This document shows positions 53,144-60,909 of a stretch of 64,000 nucleotides of DNA, piece after piece. Both the position numbers and the translations under genes were made by a program. The stretch is from Myxococcota bacterium (lineage in GTDB: Bacteria > Myxococcota_A > Polyangia > HGW-17): the NCBI GenBank assembly GCA_018817795.1, contig JAHITJ010000208.1, forward strand, positions 43,989 to 107,988. The letters are read 5' to 3'. The number at the start of each line of letters is the position of its first letter. Positions within the stretch are counted from its first letter, which is position 1. The notes under the pieces are model-generated. The model made no database searches, had not been told where the DNA came from, and worked only from the letters and a program-made list of their open reading frames with translations.

Positions 53144-55759
53144 TCACCGAGCTCTTCGGCGACGCAGAACCAGGACCAGGGCAGCGAGGAAAAGCAGGGA
53201 CGGAACCGTCCCCCCCCCGGCGCGTCCTGGACGGGAGGAACAAGCCGTGGAGCCGGCTGCATCGTACAGCGTGGGATGGCGTTCATCCCCGCGCAGGCTG
53301 AACACGACCGCTGGCAGTTCCCCGTGGGTGGCGGTCACGGCATTGGGGCCGCGTCCCGGGGTGAAGATCACAGCCGCATACCCGGTGAAGCCCGTCTCCA
53401 CCGTCATCGTCGCGTCGTCGTCCCCCTCGAAGGTTCCGCCGTCGGCCGTGAAGGTCACAGGATAGGCCGCCAGCGGCGTCCCCTGCGCGTCCACCAGCCG
53501 CACCACCAGCGGGGTCAGCAGCGGCTCGTCGTCGTACCCCCACTGTCCGTCACCGGCGATCTTCACCAGCTCTGCGGCGGCCACGGAGACCACCTCGAAG
53601 GGATCGGAGATGGCCGTGGACTGACCGTCCGAGGCCAGGATGGTGACCTCCGGAGCAGCATCCTGGATGACCACGTAGAAAACCGCCTGTCCGCCCACGA
53701 AGTCTTCGTGGCGGGTGGGAAGCATCCTCGTCTCCCCGGCGGAGAGCAGCAGCGGGCTGGTGTAGCCTTCCAGCAGCCTGCCGTCGGCGTCCAGCGCCGA
53801 AACGGTCACCGGGAAGGGAACGCCCTGCGTCTGCGGACTTGGGATCGGATCGAACCGCAGCTGCGCGGCACCCTCGTCATAGCGGTACCCGACGGCGATG
53901 GGACCAAGCACCGGCGTGTCCGCGCCGTCCCCCACCAGAAAGGCCCGCAGTTGCAGGGAGCGAGTCACATCCAGTTGGGAGAAGCCCGCCACGAGGTAGC
54001 CGGGGTCCATCGCCTCGTCCGAGGTGTTCGCGTCCCGCCAACTCAGGCCGTCGAAGATCCTCCACCGGGCTCCGGCATCGGTGCTCACCTGGAACCGCAG
54101 GCTCGTCCCGGTGGGACGTTCCGTGGGCGCGAGGAACTCGATGCTCTCCCAGCGCGTAATCTGGTGAGGCACCACCAACTCTGGCGTGGTGACGATGCCC
54201 GGTCCCGGATCGAAGTGCGGCAGCGCCGCGGACATGACGACCTCCAGGTCCGGTTCAGGAAAGACGAATGGCCGGTGGTCCTTGACCGAGAGCAAATGCC
54301 GCTCGTCTCCGAGCGCCGCGTCCTCCTGAAAAACCGCCACCGGCGCCGAGCACGTCAGACGGGTTCCGGCCGCCAGGGCGCCGTACAGGAACTTGTTGGG
54401 ATAAGGTCGGGGCGTGGCCTCGGAGATCACCTCCGTCAACGGCGTGCCGTCCGCAGTGGAAGTCGCGCAGAGGGTCGAAGGTTCCGTGGCCGCCACGGCC
54501 AGATACGACACCGCGCGTGGGAGCACGAACTCCCGGGCGAGCAGCGACCCGGGGAGGAAGGCCACGCTCTCGCCACCGGAGCCGTCGCCCTGAGAGAGCG
54601 CTCCGATGGGACGATCGGCCACCAGGTGCAGGGCCGGCCCGCTGCCTGCGCTCGCCCCGTAGGAAAGGGTCAGCACGGCATCCCGGCTCAGGGTGTGCGT
54701 GGTCACAGCGATGTCGGACTGGTACACGGTCAGGGACGTGTTGTCCTCCAGCGCCGTCACATATACGGTTCCGAGGGCGGCACCCCATAGTTCGGAGGTG
54801 GCCGGCACCAGAGGATGTCCGTCATAGCCGTCGGAGGTCCAGTGGAAGGCCACCACCGGACTGTCGGAGAGCAGCCGGTACGAGCCGGTCGGGATGTCCA
54901 CGGAGAGACTCTGAGACTGCAGGTGGTTCACCGTCGCGGAGGCCAGCACGGTCTCGCCCTGCAGCAACTGGACCTGGGCCACACCGAACGGAGAGAACAC
55001 CTCGATGACGTCGAGCCCCCGCTGGGACGGAAAGGAGAAGGCCGTCCCGACCATGGAGAAGGGAACCGCGATGTCCGAGGCGTTGAGGTCTCCGGCCAGG
55101 CTGTAGGGACCGTTGGCCGCCACGATGCCGGGATCGGCGGAGACGATCTGCGGCTGCGAAACCGCGTCCACAGGCACTCCTGCACCGATCTGCACGCGAA
55201 CCGGCTCGAAGGCGGCGATGCTCACCTGTGAGGTGCCTGGAAACGGCCACCACGCGCCGTATTTCAGCGACGAGTACAAGAAGACCTCCTGCCAGGATCC
55301 GACGCTGGAGGCCGCGTCGTTCCCCAGATACAGATAGATCCGGGTCTGTCCGGTCGGCAGCGTGGGGAGCTGGAGCCACAGGTCGCCGCTGCGGGCGATG
55401 AAGTCATAGTTTTCCAGCCACATGGCCGTGATCTCCGAACCATCAGCAGCCACAAGCCGCAGATCGGCCCCGTCGATGGCCGCGATATCGAAGACCTCCG
55501 CGGGCAGCATCGACAGGTCCACGCGGACCGGATACTCCTCGAGCTGGACCTGCGCTGCGTTCTGCACGTAGAACTCGATCCGGGCCGACCATCCCGGCAG
55601 GTGCCAGTCCGTGACGTCGGCCAGGCGCGCGGACGTGCCCTCGACGACGACGTTTCCGGTCACGACGTAGTCGCCCGCCTGGAACGGACGCTCGGTGAAA
55701 TCGAAGTACAGGATGTTCTGCGCCCCGAACAGGAGGGAGAAGAGCATGGAGGCGATCAT
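53144..55759 (-). CDS. Large surface protein: DUF2341-like + IgGFc-binding-like + Ig-like domains with MYXO-CTERM-like tail
   Basis: WSARIEFYVQN...LEEYPVRVDL...DGADLRL...LWLQLP...IYLYLGN; LVKIAGDGQ...PLVVRLVD Ig module; ends ACSSRPG...LLFLAALVLVLRRRRAR. Confidence 0.8.
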   Translation of the reverse strand: MIASMLFSLLFGAQNILYFDFTERPFQAGDYVVTGNVVVEGTSARLADVTDWHLPGWSARIEFYVQNAAQVQLEEYPVRVDLSMLPAEVFDIAAIDGADLRLVAADGSEITAMWLENYDFIARSGDLWLQLPTLPTGQTRIYLYLGNDAASSVGSWQEVFLYSSLKYGAWWPFPGTSQVSIAAFEPVRVQIGAGVPVDAVSQPQIVSADPGIVAANGPYSLAGDLNASDIAVPFSMVGTAFSFPSQRGLDVIEVFSPFGVAQVQLLQGETVLASATVNHLQSQSLSVDIPTGSYRLLSDSPVVAFHWTSDGYDGHPLVPATSELWGAALGTVYVTALEDNTSLTVYQSDIAVTTHTLSRDAVLTLSYGASAGSGPALHLVADRPIGALSQGDGSGGESVAFLPGSLLAREFVLPRAVSYLAVAATEPSTLCATSTADGTPLTEVISEATPRPYPNKFLYGALAAGTRLTCSAPVAVFQEDAALGDERHLLSVKDHRPFVFPEPDLEVVMSAALPHFDPGPGIVTTPELVVPHQITRWESIEFLAPTERPTGTSLRFQVSTDAGARWRIFDGLSWRDANTSDEAMDPGYLVAGFSQLDVTRSLQLRAFLVGDGADTPVLGPIAVGYRYDEGAAQLRFDPIPSPQTQGVPFPVTVSALDADGRLLEGYTSPLLLSAGETRMLPTRHEDFVGGQAVFYVVIQDAAPEVTILASDGQSTAISDPFEVVSVAAAELVKIAGDGQWGYDDEPLLTPLVVRLVDAQGTPLAAYPVTFTADGGTFEGDDDATMTVETGFTGYAAVIFTPGRGPNAVTATHGELPAVVFSLRGDERHPTLYDAAGSTACSSRPGRAGGGTVPSLLFLAALVLVLRRRRAR

Positions 55760-57930
55760 CGGCGGCCCCCTTTCCCCACGGGACCGTCGCATCCATCATC
55801 GGAGAGCACTGCTGCGTTGTTGTCCTCGCGACATTCGTTGTTGAAGCCGCCCGTGGCACAGGCGGGACCGTCGTTGTCGACGCAGACCGAGACCTCCGCC
55901 CGGGCCGGCTGCAGCGGCGGCGTACTCCACCAGCAGGTGAGCTCCTCGCAGTCCTCCGGCTCCAGGGTCCCGGTCGTGACCACCGGCGAGTCGCAGGCCA
56001 CCGCGGTCATGGCGACGGTGTCGAAGAAGCTCACTGGCACACCGGGTCCGACGCGCAGGGAGCCAAAATTGCAGACACGCACCCGCAGGGCGAGGCGCTG
56101 GTTGCAGTCGGACCGGTCCACGCCGGTGAACTCCACCTGCAGATCCGGCGCGGCGAAGACGTCATAGTCGGGCAGGTTCTGCCGGAAATTGTTGTAGACC
56201 AGCCAGTTCGGCGCCGCGCCGTACACCGGCAGCAGTCCATCCTCGGTGATGTTGGTGATCGTATACATGTGCTGGTTCCAGATTCGTCGCGTGGGCACCC
56301 AGCGATCCAGGCTGTCTCCCCAGACCTCGATCCCGTGGTTCTCGTCGCCCACCACGTTCGTGTTCTCGATGAACACGATCTCCGCGTTCCCGTCGTTGTC
56401 GACATCGGCGATGATCGGATACTCCAGGCGCGTGTGCGAGCGGTTCGGTTCCTCGAACAGGATCGTCCCGTCGGACCCGCTGAAGATGCGGAAGTTCGTC
56501 TCGTCGTTGTAGACCACCTCCGCCTGGCCGTCACCGTCAAAGTCGAAGACGGAGGACCCGGTCACGCGCGAGGAGCAGTCGTTGTTGGGGACCGACCAGC
56601 GGATGCCGGGGGCCGAGCAGCCCGTAGCCCCTGTGGGCACGGCCGGGCAGTCGGGCAGTGAGTCGCAGCAGTCCAGATCGAACACTGCATAGAAGTCCGC
56701 ACCGGCGACCCCGATCTCCACGCGTCCGTCGCCGTCGAAGTCCGCGATCGTCGGCGGACCCCCTTCATTATAGCTGCAGTTGTCCCACGGGATCAGCAGG
56801 TGGGCCATCACCGCCCCGTCGTGCTGCAGGATCCACACATCCCCGGAGCGGACGATGACGACCTCCCCCTCGGGATCACTGTCGAGGTTGCCGGCCGCGG
56901 CATAGCCGTCGCAGGGCTTGGTGCCGGATGCGCACGTCGACTGCGCCGAAGGATAGGCGAACTGCCAGAGCATCAGCCCGTCGGCCCGGTACACCGTGTT
57001 GCCTGCGATCACCTCCGGCCGGCCGTCAAGATCGAGATCCGCGGCGAAGCTCATCGGACCCAGGAAGGCATTGATGCCAAGCCCCCCGACGCCACGCCAC
57101 CGGATCAACCCCGTCAGACCGTCGAGGACGACACGGCCGACAAGAACCTCGGCGATCCCGTCTCCGTCGAGATCGGTGATCGACGGCTGCACCGACGTGA
57201 GGATGTCGTTGCCCTGCGGGTGCGGGCTGGTCCACTTCACCACGCCGGTGTTCGAGTAGGCGACCGTGCCTGAGGTGCGCGTCATCGCCACGATGTCGGG
57301 CACGAGATCGCCATCGATGTCGCCCACGGCCAGGCCCGCGGAGCTGTCCAGCGCCGGGGTGGCCACCGAGAAGTGCTCGACGAGGTGACCGTCGTCGCCG
57401 CAGCGGCCCGAGACCACGCGTAAAACCCCCGGCACGTTGCAACAGCCATCCTCGCGCAGACGGTACGTGACAAAAATGATGTCAGGAATGTCGTGCGTAT
57501 CGATCGCGCCGTCGCCGTTGTCGTCGGTCAGGTTGGCCACCAGGGGGGTCATGACCACGTCATCCGAATCGGGGTATACCAGGGAGGAGTTCCACCGGCA
57601 TTTCATCGCCGGAAGGAAATCCCCCGGCGGAGGTACATACCGACAGATCCGGACCGGATCGTCGAGTTCCACCGGACCGGCGTCGGGGTCAGGTACATCT
57701 TCCACCGGGTCAGCGTCCTGGATCGTCCCGTCCGGCAGCGGCATGCTCCCGTCGAGATCGGGGACATCCACGTCATGGATCCGCCCCGGCACGCAGGTGA
57801 GCGTATCCGGATCGCAGACCTGGCCGCGGGCGCAGTCGTTGACTGTCGTACATTTCACCCGCGTCTGGGAGTGGTCACAGGCTGACCATGCAAATTGAAA
57901 GACCATCCATGCAAACCAATAATTCTTCAT
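55756..57930 (-). CDS. FG-GAP/VCBS-repeat lipoprotein with C-terminal CARDB-like domain
   Basis: WSAC lipobox-like; repeated DxDGDGxxE/D motifs; IADVDNDGNAEIV; RRIWNQH; PDL...VCNFG...INE-like FNNECREDNN. Confidence 0.85.
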   Translation of the reverse strand: MKNYWFAWMVFQFAWSACDHSQTRVKCTTVNDCARGQVCDPDTLTCVPGRIHDVDVPDLDGSMPLPDGTIQDADPVEDVPDPDAGPVELDDPVRICRYVPPPGDFLPAMKCRWNSSLVYPDSDDVVMTPLVANLTDDNGDGAIDTHDIPDIIFVTYRLREDGCCNVPGVLRVVSGRCGDDGHLVEHFSVATPALDSSAGLAVGDIDGDLVPDIVAMTRTSGTVAYSNTGVVKWTSPHPQGNDILTSVQPSITDLDGDGIAEVLVGRVVLDGLTGLIRWRGVGGLGINAFLGPMSFAADLDLDGRPEVIAGNTVYRADGLMLWQFAYPSAQSTCASGTKPCDGYAAAGNLDSDPEGEVVIVRSGDVWILQHDGAVMAHLLIPWDNCSYNEGGPPTIADFDGDGRVEIGVAGADFYAVFDLDCCDSLPDCPAVPTGATGCSAPGIRWSVPNNDCSSRVTGSSVFDFDGDGQAEVVYNDETNFRIFSGSDGTILFEEPNRSHTRLEYPIIADVDNDGNAEIVFIENTNVVGDENHGIEVWGDSLDRWVPTRRIWNQHMYTITNITEDGLLPVYGAAPNWLVYNNFRQNLPDYDVFAAPDLQVEFTGVDRSDCNQRLALRVRVCNFGSLRVGPGVPVSFFDTVAMTAVACDSPVVTTGTLEPEDCEELTCWWSTPPLQPARAEVSVCVDNDGPACATGGFNNECREDNNAAVLSDDGCDGPVGKGGRR

Positions 57931-58181
57931 AGTAGACCCCTTCGGCTCCGAACATGCCGATGGAACCAGAAATCGGAGATTCTCTTTTTGTAGCACAAAA
58001 GGTCAGGACCTTCCACCATCGGCTTGCAGACAGTCAACACACAGTTTGAAATGGAACGATCCGTAAATTTCACGCATTATCTGCACAGGCATGATCTCAA
58101 AATTGCTTTGATTCATATGGAAATTTTTACTTCTTTCCGCTGTGAGAAATAACCAATATTGCAAATAGTGGCAAATAGGCC

Positions 58182-58209
58182 TTGCATTTTCGTCCATGCT
58201 GGATACATT
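58182..58209 (+). promoter_or_regulatory. Putative sigma-70 promoter
   Basis: TTGCAT-N16-TACATT in an AT-rich intergenic region, preceded by GCAAATAG direct repeats at 58161 and 58171. Confidence 0.45.
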
Positions 58210-58215
58210 TGAAAC

Positions 58216-58335
58216 ATCTCGGAGGACTGATTGGCCAAAGCAACTGTAAAATCAGTCGTAAATGGCCAATGTTGTCTTTTTTTCTAAAAGTTTGTGAGAA
58301 ACATCCGAGTTGATGCTGTGGATGTTTTTTGTTGC
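58216..58335 (+). ncRNA. Candidate structured leader RNA or sRNA (unassigned)
   Basis: GACTGATT/AATCAGTC stem, ATTGGCCA/TGGCCAAT competing or pseudoknot pairing, AAACATCC/GGATGTTT hairpin followed by T-rich sequence. Confidence 0.35.
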
Positions 58336-58381
58336 CTTTATTGGCGCTTGTTTTTTAACCGTTTTTTGAAGGAGTATTGAA

Positions 58382-58798
58382 ATGACCGAACAGATCGTCC
58401 CCCAGAAACCGAAATCTCGTGGCCGCGCCCGTGGTAGTTATGAAATCAGCACCGAACTGCGCATGCGCATCGCCCAGATGCATGAGCTCGGCGCCAGCCT
58501 GAAAGAAATCGCCCGCACCTTCAACGACGAAGGCATCCCGGCCGCCCGTGGTGGTCAATGGTCCCAGAGCACGATCCGCGCCGCCCTGAACCAGATGGGC
58601 AAGGACACCGGCCGTTTCCGCATCGTCAAGGACGTCAAGGAACTGATCCTCAAAATGCACCGTGACGGCCTGTCCGCCTATCGCATTGCCCAGGAGTTGG
58701 AGAACCAGAATGTTCCGAACTCCCGCGGCGAAGTGAAGTGGTACCCCCGCACCGTCGGCCGCATCGTCAAGGGCGGAACCGAAAGCGTCCGCCACTAA
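58382..58798 (+). CDS. Protein of two tandem recombinase-type (large serine recombinase RD-like) DNA-binding domains, no catalytic domain
   Basis: GASLKEIARTFNDEGIPAARGGQWSQSTIRAAL and GLSAYRIAQELENQNVPNSRGEVKWYPRTVGRIV; AAGGAG RBS. Confidence 0.8.
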   Translation: MTEQIVPQKPKSRGRARGSYEISTELRMRIAQMHELGASLKEIARTFNDEGIPAARGGQWSQSTIRAALNQMGKDTGRFRIVKDVKELILKMHRDGLSAYRIAQELENQNVPNSRGEVKWYPRTVGRIVKGGTESVRH

Positions 58799-58823
58799 TC
58801 AAGGCTTCATCTCCTCACCTGTT

Positions 58824-58934
58824 ATTTCCCGAGCGGAAATTTCACCGGTAGACTCCGGTGAAACTGGAACACGAACCCCGTATCCTGCAACTGCCGGGAG
58901 CCTGATCCAGAAGAAGAGGGTCCTTTTCTGGATC
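58824..58934. other. Array of consecutive hairpins (structured 3' region or terminator complex)
   Basis: ATTTCC/GGAAAT (58824-58840), TTTCACCGG/CCGGTGAAA (58840-58863), weak TCCTG/CGGGA, GATCCAGAA/TTCTGGATC (58904-58934). Confidence 0.55.
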
Positions 58935-58941
58935 CTCCGGA

Positions 58942-58970
58942 TTGACATTTGAAGATGGAATCTATAGAAC
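58942..58970 (+). promoter_or_regulatory. Putative sigma-70 promoter of the GltJ-like gene
   Basis: TTGACA-N17-TAGAAC, about 55 nt upstream of ATG 59026. Confidence 0.5.
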
Positions 58971-59025
58971 AGTGTACCTGAATCAGCTGTGAGCTGATCG
59001 GTTCTACCCCAGGAGTTGGCTCCCC

Positions 59026-60810
59026 ATGAAAGTTATCTGCGACAGTTGCCATGCCAAATATTCGCTCTCGGATGACAAACTGACCAAGGGAAAGACCTTT
59101 AAGATCAAGTGCAAGAAGTGTGGTCACGTCATCATGGTGAAGCCTGTTGACGAGGGCAATGCCGACGAGGAGTCCACCCGTGTGGTGGATTACAACGCGA
59201 TGTCCGGGGGCCAGGCGGCCGCCAGCGACGCGGATTCCAAGATCTGGCACGTGGCCATCGGCGACAAGACCGACGGTCCCTTCACCGTGGCCGAAATCGT
59301 CAGCCAGATCAGTGCCGGCAGCATACCGCCGGATGCGCTGGCCTGGAATGAAGGTCTTCCGAACTGGGAAAAGATCAGCACCTTCTCCGAGTTTTCCGCC
59401 AACTTCCCTGGCGAGGCCTCTGCGTCCGAGCCCGCCCCTGCCAGGCAGGAGTCCGCCCCGGCCAGGCATGAGTCCGCCCCGGCCAGGCAGGAGCCCGCTC
59501 CGTCGGCTCCCGCGTCCGAGCCCGCCGCCAGACGCGCCGAACCGGCCCCGGTCGTGCGCAATGAACCCGCACCGGAACCCGCCGCCAAGGGTGGTGGCTT
59601 CTTCGGCGCCGAAGAAGAGGATTCCTCCGCCTCCCAGTCACTCAAAGGCCAGCGTCACGAAAACTCCGTGCTGTTCTCGCTGGACAACCTCCAGAACCTC
59701 GCCGCCTCCTCCTCCAAGAAGCCCAGCCCACGCCCGGGGTACATCAACCCCTCCAGCCAGGGCTCGGGGCTCGTGGACATCCAGGAGATGGCCGCCTCGA
59801 TGAACACCAACAAACCGGCCCGCCAGGACGCGATGCCCTTCGATCTGCCGGCGGCCCCCGTCGTGGCCACACCGATCAGCATCGCCCCGGTGCTGATCCC
59901 CACGCAGATGGACTCCGAAAAACCCAAGTGGATGGTCCCTGCAATCATCGGCGTGGTCGTGGCCGTCGTTCTCGTCGGCGGCTTCGCGGTCTGGCGGATG
60001 ACCGGCAATAAGGAAGGCAGCACCCCGCCACCGGTCGCCCAGAACAACAACATGACCCCGCCGGCCAACAATGTCGCCGTACAGAACAACAACATGACGG
60101 CCAACAACGTGACGGCCAACAATGGCATGGGCCCCGGCGACATGCCACCCGACATGCCTCCTGATGGCGACATGCCCCCCGATGCCATGACCCCCGACGG
60201 CGACATGCCTCCGGACATGCCTCCCGACGGCGACATGCCCCCCGATGCCATGACCCCCGATGCCATGACCCCCGACTCGATGGATCCGCCGAAGACCCCC
60301 GACATGGGCGGAAGGGACCCGGTCGTGGTCAGCATGAACCCGACGATGGATCCCGGCATGACCGAGATGACCCCCCCCGACATGCCCCCGAACAACGACA
60401 TGCCTCCGGGTGACAGCGGCTGCACCAAGGTGTGGTGCATGCTCAAGAACAACGCCCCCGACTGCTGTGCCCCGTTCCGTGGTGGCAGTTCCGAGATGGG
60501 CGGCGGCAGCGACGATCCCTGCGCCAACAACGCCAACGAGTCCCTCACCCCCAGTGACGTCAAGGAAGGCATGGCCAACGTCCGTTCGTCGGTCAACGCC
60601 TGCTTCTCCAAGTTCGGCATCTCCGGCAAGGTCACGGTCCGCGTCTCCGTGGGCTGCATGGGCTCCGTCCAGAGCGCCTCGGCCTCCGGCGAGCATGCCT
60701 CCTCCCCTCTGGGCGGCTGCATCCAGAAGGCCGTCCGCGGCGCCAAATTCCCGAAGTTCAAGAAGCCCTCCTCCAAGTCCTTCCAGTATCCGTTCGTCGG
60801 CGGCGGCTGA
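59026..60810 (+). CDS. GltJ/AgmX-like protein: zinc ribbon + GYF_2 + TM + low-complexity linker + TonB-C-like domain
   Basis: CDSC...CKKC zinc ribbon; WHVAIGDKTDGPF...AWNEGLPNW; single TM; C-terminal VNACF...GKVTVRVSV...GSV...GGCIQKAVRGAKFP...FQYPF. Confidence 0.82.
   Translation: MKVICDSCHAKYSLSDDKLTKGKTFKIKCKKCGHVIMVKPVDEGNADEESTRVVDYNAMSGGQAAASDADSKIWHVAIGDKTDGPFTVAEIVSQISAGSIPPDALAWNEGLPNWEKISTFSEFSANFPGEASASEPAPARQESAPARHESAPARQEPAPSAPASEPAARRAEPAPVVRNEPAPEPAAKGGGFFGAEEEDSSASQSLKGQRHENSVLFSLDNLQNLAASSSKKPSPRPGYINPSSQGSGLVDIQEMAASMNTNKPARQDAMPFDLPAAPVVATPISIAPVLIPTQMDSEKPKWMVPAIIGVVVAVVLVGGFAVWRMTGNKEGSTPPPVAQNNNMTPPANNVAVQNNNMTANNVTANNGMGPGDMPPDMPPDGDMPPDAMTPDGDMPPDMPPDGDMPPDAMTPDAMTPDSMDPPKTPDMGGRDPVVVSMNPTMDPGMTEMTPPDMPPNNDMPPGDSGCTKVWCMLKNNAPDCCAPFRGGSSEMGGGSDDPCANNANESLTPSDVKEGMANVRSSVNACFSKFGISGKVTVRVSVGCMGSVQSASASGEHASSPLGGCIQKAVRGAKFPKFKKPSSKSFQYPFVGGG
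59428..59502 (+). repeat. In-frame 21-bp tandem repeat (E-S/P-A-P-A-R-Q/H) x3.5
   Basis: GAG(C/T)CCGCCCC(T/G)GCCAGGCA(G/T) repeated. Confidence 0.85.
60139..60276 (+). repeat. In-frame 63-bp duplication and DMPP/DAMTP micro-repeats
   Basis: DMPPDMPPDGDMPPDAMTPD encoded at 60139 and again at 60202, followed by a further AMTPD. Confidence 0.85.
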
Positions 60811-60909
60811 TCGCTCCCCCACCTTTCCGTTTTTTTCCTGAATTCATCACGAATTTTTGCGCCAATCGCGTTCCTTACTTACACTGTGTAAGCTGAAGGA
60901 GACGTTCGG

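Noticed and set aside
58169..58186. Sigma-54-like TGGCAAATAGGCCTTGCA
   Set aside because: The GG-to-GC spacing is 12 nt, not 10.
58003..58197. 64-aa minus-strand ORF in the AT-rich intergenic region
   Set aside because: Atypical codons, no motif, and it overlaps the putative divergent promoters.
58382..58798. Integrase of a prophage or mobile element
   Set aside because: No catalytic resolvase domain, att-like repeats or phage/transposon neighbours; kept as a DNA-binding protein instead.
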